A DNA stretch of 63,220 nucleotides from Leucoraja ocellata (taxonomy: Eukaryota): positions 1 to 63,220 of the forward strand of contig JAWMAR010000588.1 of the NCBI GenBank assembly GCA_036785375.1. The letters run 5' to 3'. Of the stretch, positions 37,155-49,654 are shown one piece after another. Made by a program: the position numbers and the translations under genes. Below the pieces are notes generated by a model. That model did not search any database, was not told the origin of the DNA, and saw only the letters and a program-made list of their open reading frames with translations. Each line of letters starts with the position of its first letter. Position 1 is the stretch's first letter.

Positions 37155-38228
37155 AGGGAATCTTATCTACAATTCTTAAGGGGTTTGAACAGGCTAGAAG
37201 TAGGGAAAATGGACCCGATGTTGGGGAAGTCTAGAACCAAGGGGTCACAGTTTAAGAATAAGGGGTACGCGAATTAGGACAGATGAGGATTTTCATCTTC
37301 ATCCTGAGTGGTATGAATCTGTGGAATTCTCGGCAACAGAAGGCAGTGGAGGTCAATCATTGGATGTTTTCAAGAGGGGAGTTAGATTTTGCTCTTGGGG
37401 CTAAAAGAACCGATGGATATGGGAGAAATGCATGAATATGGTACTGATTTTTGAGGATCAGTCTTGATCATATGGAATGGCAGTGGTAGCTCGAAGGACC
37501 GAATGGGTTTACTCCTGCAGCTATTTTCTATGTTCTCAGTTTTCTCTAAAGATGGGGCTGGTTATATGGATGGGAAGGGAATGGAGGGTTATGGTCTGAG
37601 CGCAGGTATATGGGACTAGGGGGAGATTATGTGTTCGGCACGGACGAGAAGGGTCGAGATGGTCTGTTTCCGTGCTGTAATTGTTACATGGTTATATGGT
37701 GTTATATTGTTATATGGTTTCTGTGCTCTTCCTGTGCCGCTGAAGAAGCTGGCAGCTCATTCCTACAACAACTAAGTTACAGAGATAGGTTGAATAAGTT
37801 AGGTCTTTATTCTCTGGAGCGCAGAGGTTAAGGGGGGACCTGATAGAGATCTTTAAAATGATGAGAGGGATAGACAGAGTTGATGTGGACAAGCTTTTCC
37901 CTTTGAGAATAGGGGAAGATTCAAACAAGAGGACACGACCTTCAGAATTAAGGGACAGAAGTTTAGGGATAATATGAGGGGGAACTTCTTTACGCAGAGA
38001 GTGGTGGCGGTGTGGAATGAGCTCCCAGTGGAAGTGGTGGAGGCAGGTTCATTGGTATCATTTAAAAATAAATTGGATAGGCATATGGATGAGAAGGGAA
38101 TGGAGGGTTATAGTACGAGTGCAGGCAGGTGGGGACTAAGGGGGAAAAAAAATTGTTCGGCATGGACTTGTAGGGTCGAGATGGCCTGTTTCCGTGCTGT
38201 AATTGTTATATGGTTATATGGTTATATT
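37155..38228 (+). mobile_element. CR1 3' fragments (family A ~37155-37540; family B ~37555-37720 and 37760-38228)
   Basis: ORF2 C-terminus and 3'UTRs with tttctatg and gttatatg tails. Confidence 0.8.
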
Positions 38229-38789
38229 CCAGTGCGCTTGGAGTAGCTCTGGTTTTTCGAGGTGTCTGAGGCGCCGGGGTTCGGGAGCCTCAGCAGAGGG
38301 AATAGCGATTTTACGGATCGATAGATCCGGATTAAGGTGTCAGTGGGAGTTGGGCAACCTGAGGCCTGGCAGCTGCCAATCGTTTAGATTGGACATCGCT
38401 CAAAGTCGCTAAGTACGCAGGTCGGACGAGGCCTGCAGCGGCACGGAGCGGTATGTGTGGAACGACATGAACAGCATTACCAGACCCGGCCAACCCCTGC
38501 AGACCCAGACGCAGTGCCCACCACCAGCACAATGGACCACGTGAACTCTCAGACATTTCTTCCATCTCTGAGACTTCAAGGGAACAGTGGTGCTGGTAAC
38601 CTGGGGGACACTTGGCTATTACCTCAGTATAATCTACTATTGCTCATCCATTTTACTAAGTATAATCGTGCCAATATGTAGTGGGATTGTGACTGAACCC
38701 TAAGCAAAATGGAATTTCACTGACCCGAGGAACATGTGACAATAAAGTGCCATTGTACGAAAATTCTAAATTATTTATCAACGAAGGGA

Positions 38790-40894
38790 GGAACCTCTGA
38801 TCAGACGTGTGAAACCTACCATGAGGACAGTGATGGTCTGGCCTGAGGGGGCTGTCTCTGACTTACAGGAGCAGTTCAGCAGACAGACTGGAGTCTCTTT
38901 GCTACTCAGTCCACCTCCAATTCACAAAGTGGACATCAACTCGTACACCTCAACAGTTCTGGACTATATAAAATTCTGTACCGATAATGTCACTACCCAC
39001 AAGGAGATAAAGACTTTCCCTAACCAGAAGCCGTGGATGAGCAGGGAGGTCAGACTGCTACTGAAGGCTCGCGATGGCCGCTTTCAGATCTGGCGACGCT
39101 GAGGGATACAGCTCATCCAGGGCCAATCTGAAAATGGAATTAGGGACCTGCTAAACTAAATCATAAACGGCGGATTGAGGAGCATTTCCACAACAACTCT
39201 GACCCCAGGCGCATGTGGCAAGGAATCAAATCCCTTGCCGATTATCAGAAAGTTAACACCCCTCCCCCAGACAACGACACCCTGCCTGATGAGCTGAACC
39301 ACTTCTATGCTCGCTTTGACCGAGACAACAAAACCCCAGCCATTAAAGTTGCTCCACCCCCGAATGAACAACCCTCTCAGCCTCTACACCTCTGCTGTAC
39401 AGATGCACTGAGCAAGGTGAATGAGCGCAAAGCTGCCGGCCCCGATGGCATCCCTGGCCGGGTGCTTAGGGCATGTGCTGGACAACTATCCCCAGTCCTC
39501 ACCGACATTTTCAATCTCTCACTGGCCCAGGGTGTTGTCCCCACTTGCCCTCAAGACATCAACCATCGTGCCAGTGCCCAAACAGTCAGGTACATGGAAT
39601 CTAAACGATTTCCGCCCAGTGGCACTCACCCCTGTCATTGCAAAGTGCTTTGAGCGGCTGATCTTGGCTCACCTCAAAAGCCTGCCTCCCCACCACACTG
39701 GACCCCCATCAGTTTGCCTACCGGACCAACAGGTCTACAGATGACGCCATATCGGCGGCCCTACACTCTGCCCTGACCCACCCTGGACTACAACAACTCC
39801 TACATCAGGCTGCTGTTCATTGATTTCAGCTCTGCCTTTAACACCGTCATCCCAGCCAGCTTGATCACCAAACTCAGTGGACTTGGCATCTCCACCTCCC
39901 CTCTGCAAACTGGACATTGGACTTCCTCACTAACAGACCACAGTCTGTTAGGGTCAATAACCTCACCTCCTCCACTATAACAACTGAACACCGGAGTGCC
40001 ACAGGGCTGTGTTCTCAGCCCTCTCCTCTACTCCCTCTTCACCCACGACTGCATCCCAAAGTACGGATCCAACGCCATTATTAAGTTTTGCTGACGATAC
40101 CACGGTAGTAGGACTGATCAGCGATAACGATGAGTCAGCCTACAGGATGAGATCCAGCACCTGACCACCTGGTGTGCCGACAATAACCTCATCCTCAACT
40201 CCAAAAAGACGAAGGGAGATTATTGTCGACTTCAGGCAGACCAGAGGAGGCAGTCATACCGCCATCCATATCAACGGGACTGAGGTGGAGCGCGTCTCCA
40301 GCTATAAATTCCTCGGAGTGCATATCTCGGAGGACTTGTCCTGGTCCTCAACACCTCCAAGCTGATCAAAAAGGCACAGCAGCGCCTTTACTTCCTTAGG
40401 AGGCTCAAGAAAGCCCACCTGTCCCCCCAGATCCTGACCAACTTTTACCGCTGTACCATAGAGAGTATCCTGACCCACCTGCTTCACGGTATGGGTACAG
40501 CAGCTGCACTGCTGCGGACAGGAAAGCACTACAACGGGTGGTGAAAACCGCGCAGCACATCATCGGTGCCCCGCTCCCTGCCATGGATGCCCTCCACCGA
40601 AAACTGTGTCTGAGACGGGGCTGGGAAGATCATCAAAGACCCCTCACAACTCCCCAACCATGGACTGTTTGCCCTCCTCCCATCAGGGAGGCGGTACAGG
40701 AGCCTCAGGTCACGTACCAGCAGGGATGAGGGAAAGCTTCTATAACAACACAATCACACTGCTGAACTCGGAGTCCCGACGATAGATTTCTCTGGTCCCT
40801 CCGTCCCCCTTTGTTTAATCATTCTGTATTTCCTGATTATTCTGTATCTTCTCTCTTTCTATTTTTTTTCTTGTTTTTTCTCTTATGTACAACT
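38790..40894 (+). mobile_element. Rex1/Babar-clade LINE (RT and C-terminal region), ending at the assembly gap
   Basis: [59 protein letters not shown] and KFLGVHI. Many single-base frameshifts. Confidence 0.9.
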
Positions 40895-41094
40895 NNNNNN
40901 NNNNNNNNNNNNNNNNNNNNNNNNNNNNNNNNNNNNNNNNNNNNNNNNNNNNNNNNNNNNNNNNNNNNNNNNNNNNNNNNNNNNNNNNNNNNNNNNNNNN
41001 NNNNNNNNNNNNNNNNNNNNNNNNNNNNNNNNNNNNNNNNNNNNNNNNNNNNNNNNNNNNNNNNNNNNNNNNNNNNNNNNNNNNNNNNNNNNNN
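40895..41094. other. Assembly gap (200 N)
   Basis: Run of N. Confidence 1.
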
Positions 41095-41099
41095 CAGCA

Positions 41100-44000
41100 T
41101 AGTTTTGTATGTTGGGAGATCGAATCTCACAAATATAATAGATTTTTTCGAAGACGTGAGAAAAAAAGGTTGATGTAAGCAGAGCTGTGGATGTTGTGTA
41201 CATGGACTTTATAAAAGAGGAATCGAATATAGGAGCAAAGAGGTCCTTCTGCAGTTGTACAGGGCACTAGTGAGACCACATCTGGAGTATTGTGTGCAGG
41301 TTTGGCCTTGTTGGTCTTCATCACAAGAGGAGTTGAGTAAAGGAACAAAGAGGTCCTTCTACAGTTGTACAGGGCCCTGGTGAGACCACACCTGGAGTAT
41401 TGTGTGCAGTTTTGGTCCCCTAATTTGAGGAAGGGCATTCTTGCCATTGTGGGAGCCCAGCGTAGGTTCACCAGGTTAATTCCCGGGATGGCGGGACTGT
41501 CATATGATGAGAGAATGGAGCGGCTGGGATGTACATTCTGGTGTTTAGAAGGATGAGAGGAGATCTCATTGAAACGTATAAGATTGTTAAGGGTTTGGAC
41601 ACGCTAGAGGCAGGAAACATGTTCCCGATGTGGAGGAAGTCCTGAACAAGGGGCCACAGTTTAAGAATAAGGGGTCGGCCATTTCGAATGAAGACGAGAA
41701 ACACTTTTTCTCATAGAGAGTTGTGAGTCTGTGGAATTCTCTGCCACAAGGGCGGTGGAGGCCGGTTCTCTGGATGCTTTCAAGAGATTGCTAGACAGGG
41801 CTCTTAAAATAGCGGAGTCAGGGGATATGGGGAGAAGGCAGGAACGGGGTCCTGATAGGGGATGATCAGCCATGATCACATTGAATGGCGGTGCTGGCTT
41901 GAAGGGACGAATGGCCTCTACTCCTGCACCTGTTGTCTATTGACTTCAGTAAGGCGTTCGATAGGTGCCGCATGGTCGGCTGCTCTGGAAGGTTAGATCG
42001 CATGGGATCCCAAGAGATATAGCTGAATGGACAGCAAATTGGCTCCATGGAAGGAAGCAGAGAGTGATGGTGGAACGTTGCATCTCAGACTGGATGCCTG
42101 TGACTAGTGGTGTGCCTCAGGGTTCAGTGTTGGGCCAGTTACTGTTTGTCATCTACATCAATGATTCAGACTGGATGCCTGTGACTAGTGGTGTGTCTCA
42201 GGGTTCAGTGTTGGGCCAGTTACTGTTTGTCATCTACACCAATGATTCAGACTGGATGCCTGTGACTAGTGCTGTGTCTCAGGGTTCAGTGTTGGGCCCG
42301 TTACTGTTTGTCATCTACATCAATGATTCAGACTGGATGTCTGTGACTAGTGGTGTGCCTCTGGGTTCAGTGTTGGGCCGTTACTGTTTGTCATCTACAT
42401 CAATGATTCAGACTGGATGCCTGTGACTAGTGGTGTGTCTCAGGGTTCAGTGTTGGGCCCGTTACTGTTTGTCATCTACATCAATGATTCAGACTGGATG
42501 CCTGTGACTAGTGGTGTGTCTCAGGGTTCAGTGTTGGGCCGTTACTGTTTGTCATCTACATCAATGATTCAGACTGGATGCCTGTGACTAGTGGTGTGCC
42601 TCAGGGTTCAGTGTTGGGCCAGTTACTGTTTGTCATCTACATCAATGATTTGGATGAGAACATACAGGGCAAGATTAGCAAGTTTGTTGATGATACAACA
42701 GTGAGTGGTTTTGCAGATAGTGAAGATGGTTGTACAGGCCCGTACGAAGCTTTTCAAAAAGGGGGTTGGCATGACAGGATTACAAAAAACTCAATGTGAA
42801 ATAATGTGCACACTACGCACATCACGAGCGTGAAGTGTGAAGTCCCTCGATGCCAGGGTCCAGGGCCCGTTTAAGGGTCCTGGAAGCTCAGGGTTTTAGA
42901 TACTTTCTGGTGCATTCTGAGCATTATTATGGAGCATTTATGCACCAAATTTATGACCCAACTTCAGAAATTAACAAGAATCTGAGTGGTAGCTTTTTCA
43001 CACAAAGGGTGTATGTAACGAGCTGCCAGAGGAGGTAGTTACGGCTGGGAATATCTTAATGTTTTAGAGACAGTTTGGACACGTACATGGATAGGACAGA
43101 TTTAGATGGATGTGGGCCAAACACATGTGAGTGGGACTAGTTTAGATGGGACATGTTGGTCGGTGTGGGCAAGTTGGGCTGAAGGGCCTGTTTCCACACT
43201 GCATCATTCTATGACTAAAAGTGAAGAAGCAAAATGCATGTAGGTAAGTAGAGCAGATTTGAAAGAGGAGTGAATGTAAAGGCAGAGAGAGGTTTATGGT
43301 GGAAGGAACATAGGAAAGGAGGGGGAGGGTGATTGTTACCTAAACCATCGTGAGCTACTTTGTTACGGTGCTTGCCCTCTCGTATAATGTCTCTGCTGCC
43401 TTGGGTGATGCAGGACAGGACACAGCTTTGGGACACGGTGTGAATCCTGTTGCTGTCTGTCCCAGCCTGGTAAAACCTGGATGGAGTGGATGTGGAGAGG
43501 ATGTTTCCAATGGTGGGAGAGTCTAGGACCAGTGGCCACAGCCTCAGAATTAAAAGACATTCCTTTAGGAAGGAGATGAGCAGAAATGTTTTAAGCCAGA
43601 GGGTGGTGAACTGTGGAATTCATTGCCACAGACAGCTGTGGAGGTCCAGTCAATGACATTTTTCAGGAGGAGTATGATAGATTCTTGATTGATACGGGTG
43701 TCGGAGGAAATGAGGAGAAGGCAGGAGAATGTGTTTGAGAGGGAAAGATAGATAGAGTCTTAGAGTGATACAGTGTGTAAACAGGCCCCTTCGGCCCAGC
43801 ATGTCCGATCTGCACTAGTCCCACCTGCCCACGTTTGATCCATATCCCTCCGAACCTGTCCTATCCAAGTACCTGTCTAACTGTTTCTTATGTTGCGATA
43901 GTCCCAGCCTCAACTACCTCATCTGGCAGCTTGTTCCATACACCTACCACCCTTTGTGTGAAAAACATACCCACAGATTCCTATTAAATCTTTTCCCCTT

Positions 44001-44710
44001 CATCTTCAACCTATTTCCTCTGCTCCTCGATTCACTTATCTGGGCAAAAGACTCAACCATATCTATTCAAATCATGATTTTATACACCTCTATTGGATCA
44101 TCCCTCATCCTCCTGTGCTCCATGAAATAGAGTCCCAGCCAACTCAACCTCTCCCTATAGCTCTGGCCCTCTCGTCCTGGCAACATCCTCGTAAATCTTC
44201 ACTGTACCCTTTCCAGTTTGATGACATCTTTCCTATAACATGGTGCCCAGAACTGAATACAATACTCTGAATGCAGCCTCACTAACTTCTTATGCAACTG
44301 CAACATGACCTCCCAACCTCTATACTCAGCCTGACCCACTGAGTTACTCCAGCACTCTGTGAAACGTCACAGAACAGGGCAAGATTAGCAAGTTTGCTGA
44401 TGATACAGAAGTGAGTGGTTTTGCAGATAGTGAAGATGGTTGTGAAAGATTGCAGCAGGCCTGGATCAATTAGCCAGGTGGCAGAGAATGGTTGATGGTT
44501 GCGTGGTTCCTTGAAGGTCGTGTCACAGGTTATCAGGTGGTCAAAACGTATTTTGGCACTTTGGCCTTCATCAGTCAGAGTATTGAGTATAGACGTTGGG
44601 AGGTTATGTTGCAGTTGTATAAGACGTTGGTGAGATCGGATTTAGAATATTGTGTTCAGTTCTGGGCACCATGTTATAGGGAAGATGCCAAACTGAAAAT
44701 AGTACAGAGA
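41100..44710. mobile_element. Patchwork of CR1 fragments in both orientations
   Basis: Repeated [35 protein letters not shown] and KISKF motifs. A minus-strand fragment lies at ~43760-44330. Confidence 0.8.
42085..42649 (+). repeat. 7 x 81-bp tandem array built from the CR1 reverse-transcriptase motif [27 protein letters not shown]
   Basis: tcagactggatg starts at 42085, 42166, 42247, 42328, 42408, 42489 and 42569. Confidence 0.95.
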
Positions 44711-44711
44711 T

Positions 44712-45960
44712 ACCCATCCTGGATCAGTCCAATCAGGGTTGTTTCATCTGCAAACTTGAGAAGCTTGACAGAGATGTCTGTGGAGGTGCAATCATTGGTG
44801 TGGTGAGAGTAGAGGAGGGGGGAGAGTACGCATCTTGCGGTGCTCCTATGCTGAGTGTTTGCGGGTCCGAGATATGCTTTCTCCGTCTCACATGCTGCTT
44901 CCTGTCTGTCAGGAAACTGGTGATCCACCGACAGAGGGGTTCAGCACAGTCAACTCAGAACGTTTGGAGTGTAGTAGATCTGGCACAATGGTGTTGAATG
45001 CAGAGCTAAAATCAACAAATAAAATCCTCGCTTGGGTCCCCTGGAGGTCTAGGTGCTGGAGGATGAAGTGTAGCCCAAATTGACTGCATCATCTACAGAC
45101 CTATTGGCCCAATATGCAAAATGCAGAGGGTCCAGCAGAGGGATTGTGATATTTTTTCAGCTTGGCCAGCACAAGCCTGTCAACGGTCTCCATGACTACA
45201 GAGGTCAGTGCGACAAGCCTGTAGTCTTTAAGACAAGTAATCCTTACCTTTTGGGGTACAGGGACATTAGTGGAGGCCTGTCAACGGTCTCCATGACTAC
45301 ATACCACCCTCCCCCCCCCCCCCCCCCCCATCAGTCTGAAGAAAGGGTTTGGCCCGAAACGTCGCCTACTTCCTTCGCTCCATAGATGCTGCACGCCCGC
45401 TGAGTTTCTCCTTCCATAGCTACATAAGGTCAGTGCGACAAGCCTGTAGTCATTAAGACAAGTAATCCTTACCTTTTTGGGTACAGGGACATTAGTGGAG
45501 ACTTTGGAGCAGGCAGGGGTCAGTGCATCTTTGCAGGTACTGGTTAAAAATGAGTAATTGGCTGTGAAGTGTTGGTGGGGTGGGAAAGGGTCCACTCTCT
45601 TCATTACTGGAGTCTTGCCTTAAGTAGGTGTGAGGTGGTGAATGGGAAGGAGAGGGTGCAGGTTAATACTTTGCAGACTGGGGTCTGGCTGTGTTTGTTG
45701 GGGAGGGGGTACCAGGGTTACATTTCTAATTTTCAAACCTGCAGTAAAACTCATTCAGGTAGTTCGTCAGCTCACAATTATCCAAAGAGCGGGGGCTTTA
45801 CTCTTGTAGCTGGTGATTTCTTGCATGCCCTTCCCAACTGAAGAAGAGTCACTAGCTGAGAACGTGCTCCTCAACTTCTCAGAGTACCTTCCCTTGGCAA
45901 CTCCGATTCCTCATCTCAGCTCTTTATTGATCAGTCTATATTTTAACTATTTAACGATTC
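44712..45960 (-). mobile_element. Rex1/Babar LINE fragments, locally rearranged
   Basis: [40 protein letters not shown] and CLNDYRLVALT on the minus strand. Confidence 0.75.
45331..45366 (+). ncRNA. Minimal hammerhead-ribozyme-like motif in a Penelope-type terminal repeat
   Basis: CTGAAGA (45336-45342), short stem GGG-tttgg-CCC, then GAAAC-GTC (45356-45363) with a palindromic ACGT helix III. Confidence 0.45.
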
Positions 45961-46444
45961 GGCTATCGGCTTGACGCATATTTGTCCCCCCCCCCCCCCC
46001 CCCGATCTTGAAATGGAAATGTTACATCTGTATATAATGATCCCATTAAAATGTATATTTATGTCACAAACTATGGAATTCATATTTTTCAGAATTATCA
46101 TTATTAAGGAAAAGAAAGGAGTTCCAATTGTTTGATATTATTGATATTGTTTAAATTATTCATATGGAGGAGAAAATATAATAGCTCTAAAACCTACCTT
46201 AATTTTGCAATCTCACTAAAGATATTCCCCTTTCCCTCTTCCCTCCTCCATTTCTCTCTCCCCTCCCTTCCCCTCTCTCTCTCCCACTCCCACATCTCCC
46301 TCTTTCTGGCAGGGGGGATGAAGATGAAGGTGGCGTGGGGCCAGTGGGGTGGCGTGGGCCCAGCGGGGGTCAGCAGCGGTGGTGTGGAACCAGCGGGGGT
46401 GGAGTGGGCCCAGCGGTGGTGGCCTGGGCCCAGCGGGGGTGGCG

Positions 46445-49400
46445 TTTATTCATTTCAAAATGGAAACCTTTGTTACTGCCAAACAATTGATTACCAAAGA
46501 CTACTTCATGGCTTGCGTCGATTTAAAGATGCTTACTATTCGGTGCCTATGCGGAAGGATCACAGACGTTATTTAAAATTTAACTGGATGGGGTAGCTCT
46601 GGCAGTATAGAGCTACCGAAAGGAATAACATCCGCCCCCAGACTATTTACCAACATTTTGAAACCAGCCCTACAGGTCTCTCCGTTGCCGAACCAGCAGG
46701 TCGAGGATCAGCTTCTTTCCGGCGGCTGTCACTCTACTAAACAACGTACCTCGGTGACTGCCAATCACCCCCCCCCCCCCCCCGGACACTTATTATTATT
46801 TTTTTTTAAATTCAAATCGTTTGCTATGTCGCTCTTCAAGGGAGATGCTAAATGCATTTCGTTGTCTCTGTACTGTACACTGACAATGACAATTAAAATT
46901 GAATCTGAATCTGAATCTGAATCTAACGTTTCTTCGGAAACAAAAACATTTATTCATAGATTACTGACATGACATATTAATTGTGGGAAAAACTTTGAAA
47001 TTTGCCAAAATAGCTGTATCAGCCAGCAAACAATTGTTTGAGAAACTGGGGTTTATCATCCATCCAGTTATATCTAAGCTAACACATTCCACCACTGTGG
47101 ACTTCTTGGGGTTCACCTTTAAGTTAGTTCACATGTCGGTAACTTTACCAAAGGACAAGGCAACAGACTTAGCTGAGACTCCAACAACCTCATTGACATC
47201 AGTGAACCATCTATTTGACTGATAGAAAGGGTCATTGGCAATTTGTGGCTGCTTTTCCAGCCACACAGTTTTGACCTTTGCATTACCAAAATATTTACAA
47301 AGGGCAAAGGTACAAGCACTCAAAATCAATACTGGTCAATTCGATAGGCCAATGAAGCTACCAATCAAAGCAATTATTGAATTACAATGGTGGAGGGAAA
47401 GCATTCGGCATTGTTCTAGCCCTATCATTGTCAGCAACCGTTCAGTGGTGCTACAAACTGATGCCAGTGCTCATGGTTGGGGTGCTACTAATTCCATCTC
47501 TAGTTGTGGAGGGAGATGGGATGCACAAGAGGCATCATTACTTCAGATACATGGCATAAATTACTTGGAAACGTAGGGTGCATTCTATGGTCTAAAATCA
47601 TACTGTTCAGAAATGCATCACCTGCATGTTAGACTACAGATTGATAACATCACCGTGGTGGCATATATTAACTATATGGGTGAAATCAAATCAGTATCAT
47701 GTGATAATCCGGCTAACATAATTTGGCAATGGTGTATTCAGAAAAGTATTTGGATATCAGCTAGTTACCTACCAGGAAACCTCAAATTCAGTGGCAGACA
47801 CCAGGTCACGTAAATTCAATGACAACATCGAATGGATGTTGGACCGCAAAGTGTTTGCTGATAGTGTAGCACGATATGAAACACTAGATATCGATCTATT
47901 TGCATCTCGGCTTAATCATCAGTTGCTAAACTATGTTTCTTGGGAATCAGACACTGGGACATCAGCGATGGATGCCTTCTCGCTGCATTGGGGGAAATTG
48001 TTTTTTCTTTGCATTTCTGCCTCATCAGTCCTGTATTACACAAAATACAACAAGACTCGGCGTCTGGTATTTTGGTAGTGTCCGATTGGCCTACTCAACC
48101 ATGGTTCCCTGTGATTCTTGTTATGGTTTTAGAACCATACATCTCCGTTCCGAAACGACCAGATTTGTTGGTTCATCCCGTAATGGGGGGAAGCCATCCA
48201 TGCCATAATAGGACACATTTGCTGATTTGTAGAATCTTAAGAAACCATTTCTGGACCTGGGACCAACGGACTGAACAATGAACATATCGGGTCTACATCA
48301 GGAAGTGGGAGAAACTGTTCAAGGAACAACATCACTTACTGTACGACGAACATAACCTCTGTGCTGGAATTCCTGGCTAGCCCCACTATGATGAGGTGCT
48401 CAGTTATAGTGCCATAAACTGCGCCAGAAGTGCCCTTACAGCAAATATGTGGCAAAGATCAGAGCATCATTCTGTCGGGACCTACCCCTTGTAACTAAAC
48501 TTATGAGGGATATTTTAATATTAATCCCCAAGGACAAGGTATTCCCAAATATGGGATGTGAGTATAGTCCTAACATTACTGAGGAATTGGTCACCAGCAA
48601 CAGCTTTGTCCCTGCATAGACTAACATATAAAATAGTCATGCGATGGCATTGGTCTCAGCACATAGAGTTCAGTCGTTACATAATCTAAGGCTGGATAGT
48701 ATCACCACTTCAACGAGTAAAATAACCTTTTACATCCACGGATTAGTTAAACAGAGCAGACCGGGAACGTCAGGCCTCTCAATAGAATTCAGAGCATACC
48801 CAATAGATGATCTCTATGCATTATGAGACATTCATTCTTATACATAGAGAACACTAAACAACTCAGAGGCAATGAGATGGCATTACTGATCAGCCACTAA
48901 CAGACCCATAATAGGGTATCGGTACAAACAATTTCGAGACGGCTGAAACAGGTTTTAACGGCTGCTGGGGTGGATAATATCATATTCAAATCTCATACCA
49001 CTAGGGCTGCAGCTACATCAGCAGCTAAGGAATCGGACGGACCTATGGACCAAATCCTGGGAACAGCAGGATGGTCATGAGAGAAAACTTCTCAACTAGA
49101 TTACAATAAACCAATGGTTAAACCTGTGACATTTGCAGAATCAATTTTAAATTCTGTATCATGTTTAACCTCATAAGATAGGGGCTATAATTGTGTTAGT
49201 TAATAGGTTCATCATGGGTTTTCAATGTCGGATTCATGTTTGAATACGTTAACACATTTCCTCCCTTAGTCAATTAAGGCAGACGTGAGGCATGGACTCG
49301 TTTCCATGGCATGAAATCACAGAGCTTTAAAAGCTTCATGTAGTCACGCACGTGACTCCGAAGTAAATTAGTAAGATTAAACGAGAACTTACCAGTTTGA

Positions 49401-49654
49401 CGTTTGATCTTTATTTTATGAGGAGTAACGTTGAGGGATTACGTGCCCTCCGCTCCCACCCTCGATCATAGAGTTCAACTGGTCTCCATTTTCTCAAATG
49501 TTCAGTTCATTACTATTGTCTGCGATTTCACACGGCTGCTTTGAAGATTGAGACGCATGCGTCCTGGCGGGTTCTTCACGTAATCCCTCAACGTTACTCC
49601 TCATAAAATAAAGATCAATCTTCAACTGGTAAGTTCTCGTTTAATCTTACTATT
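46445..49654 (+). mobile_element. DIRS-like retrotransposon, 5'-truncated: RT, RNase H, methyltransferase-like region, tyrosine recombinase and intact 3' ICR/ITR; SINE-like insert at ~46675-46925
   Basis: HFKMETF, DLKDAYYSVP, DFLGF, QTDASAHGWG, VRLQIDNITVVAYIN, DIDLFASRLN, WPTQPWFP, LVSAHRVQSL and SHTTRAAAT..ILGTAGWS. 3' inverted repeat at 49369-49445 / 49577-49652. Confidence 0.93.

Noticed and set aside
40811-41203. ORFs spanning X runs
   Set aside because: Artefacts of the 200-N gap.
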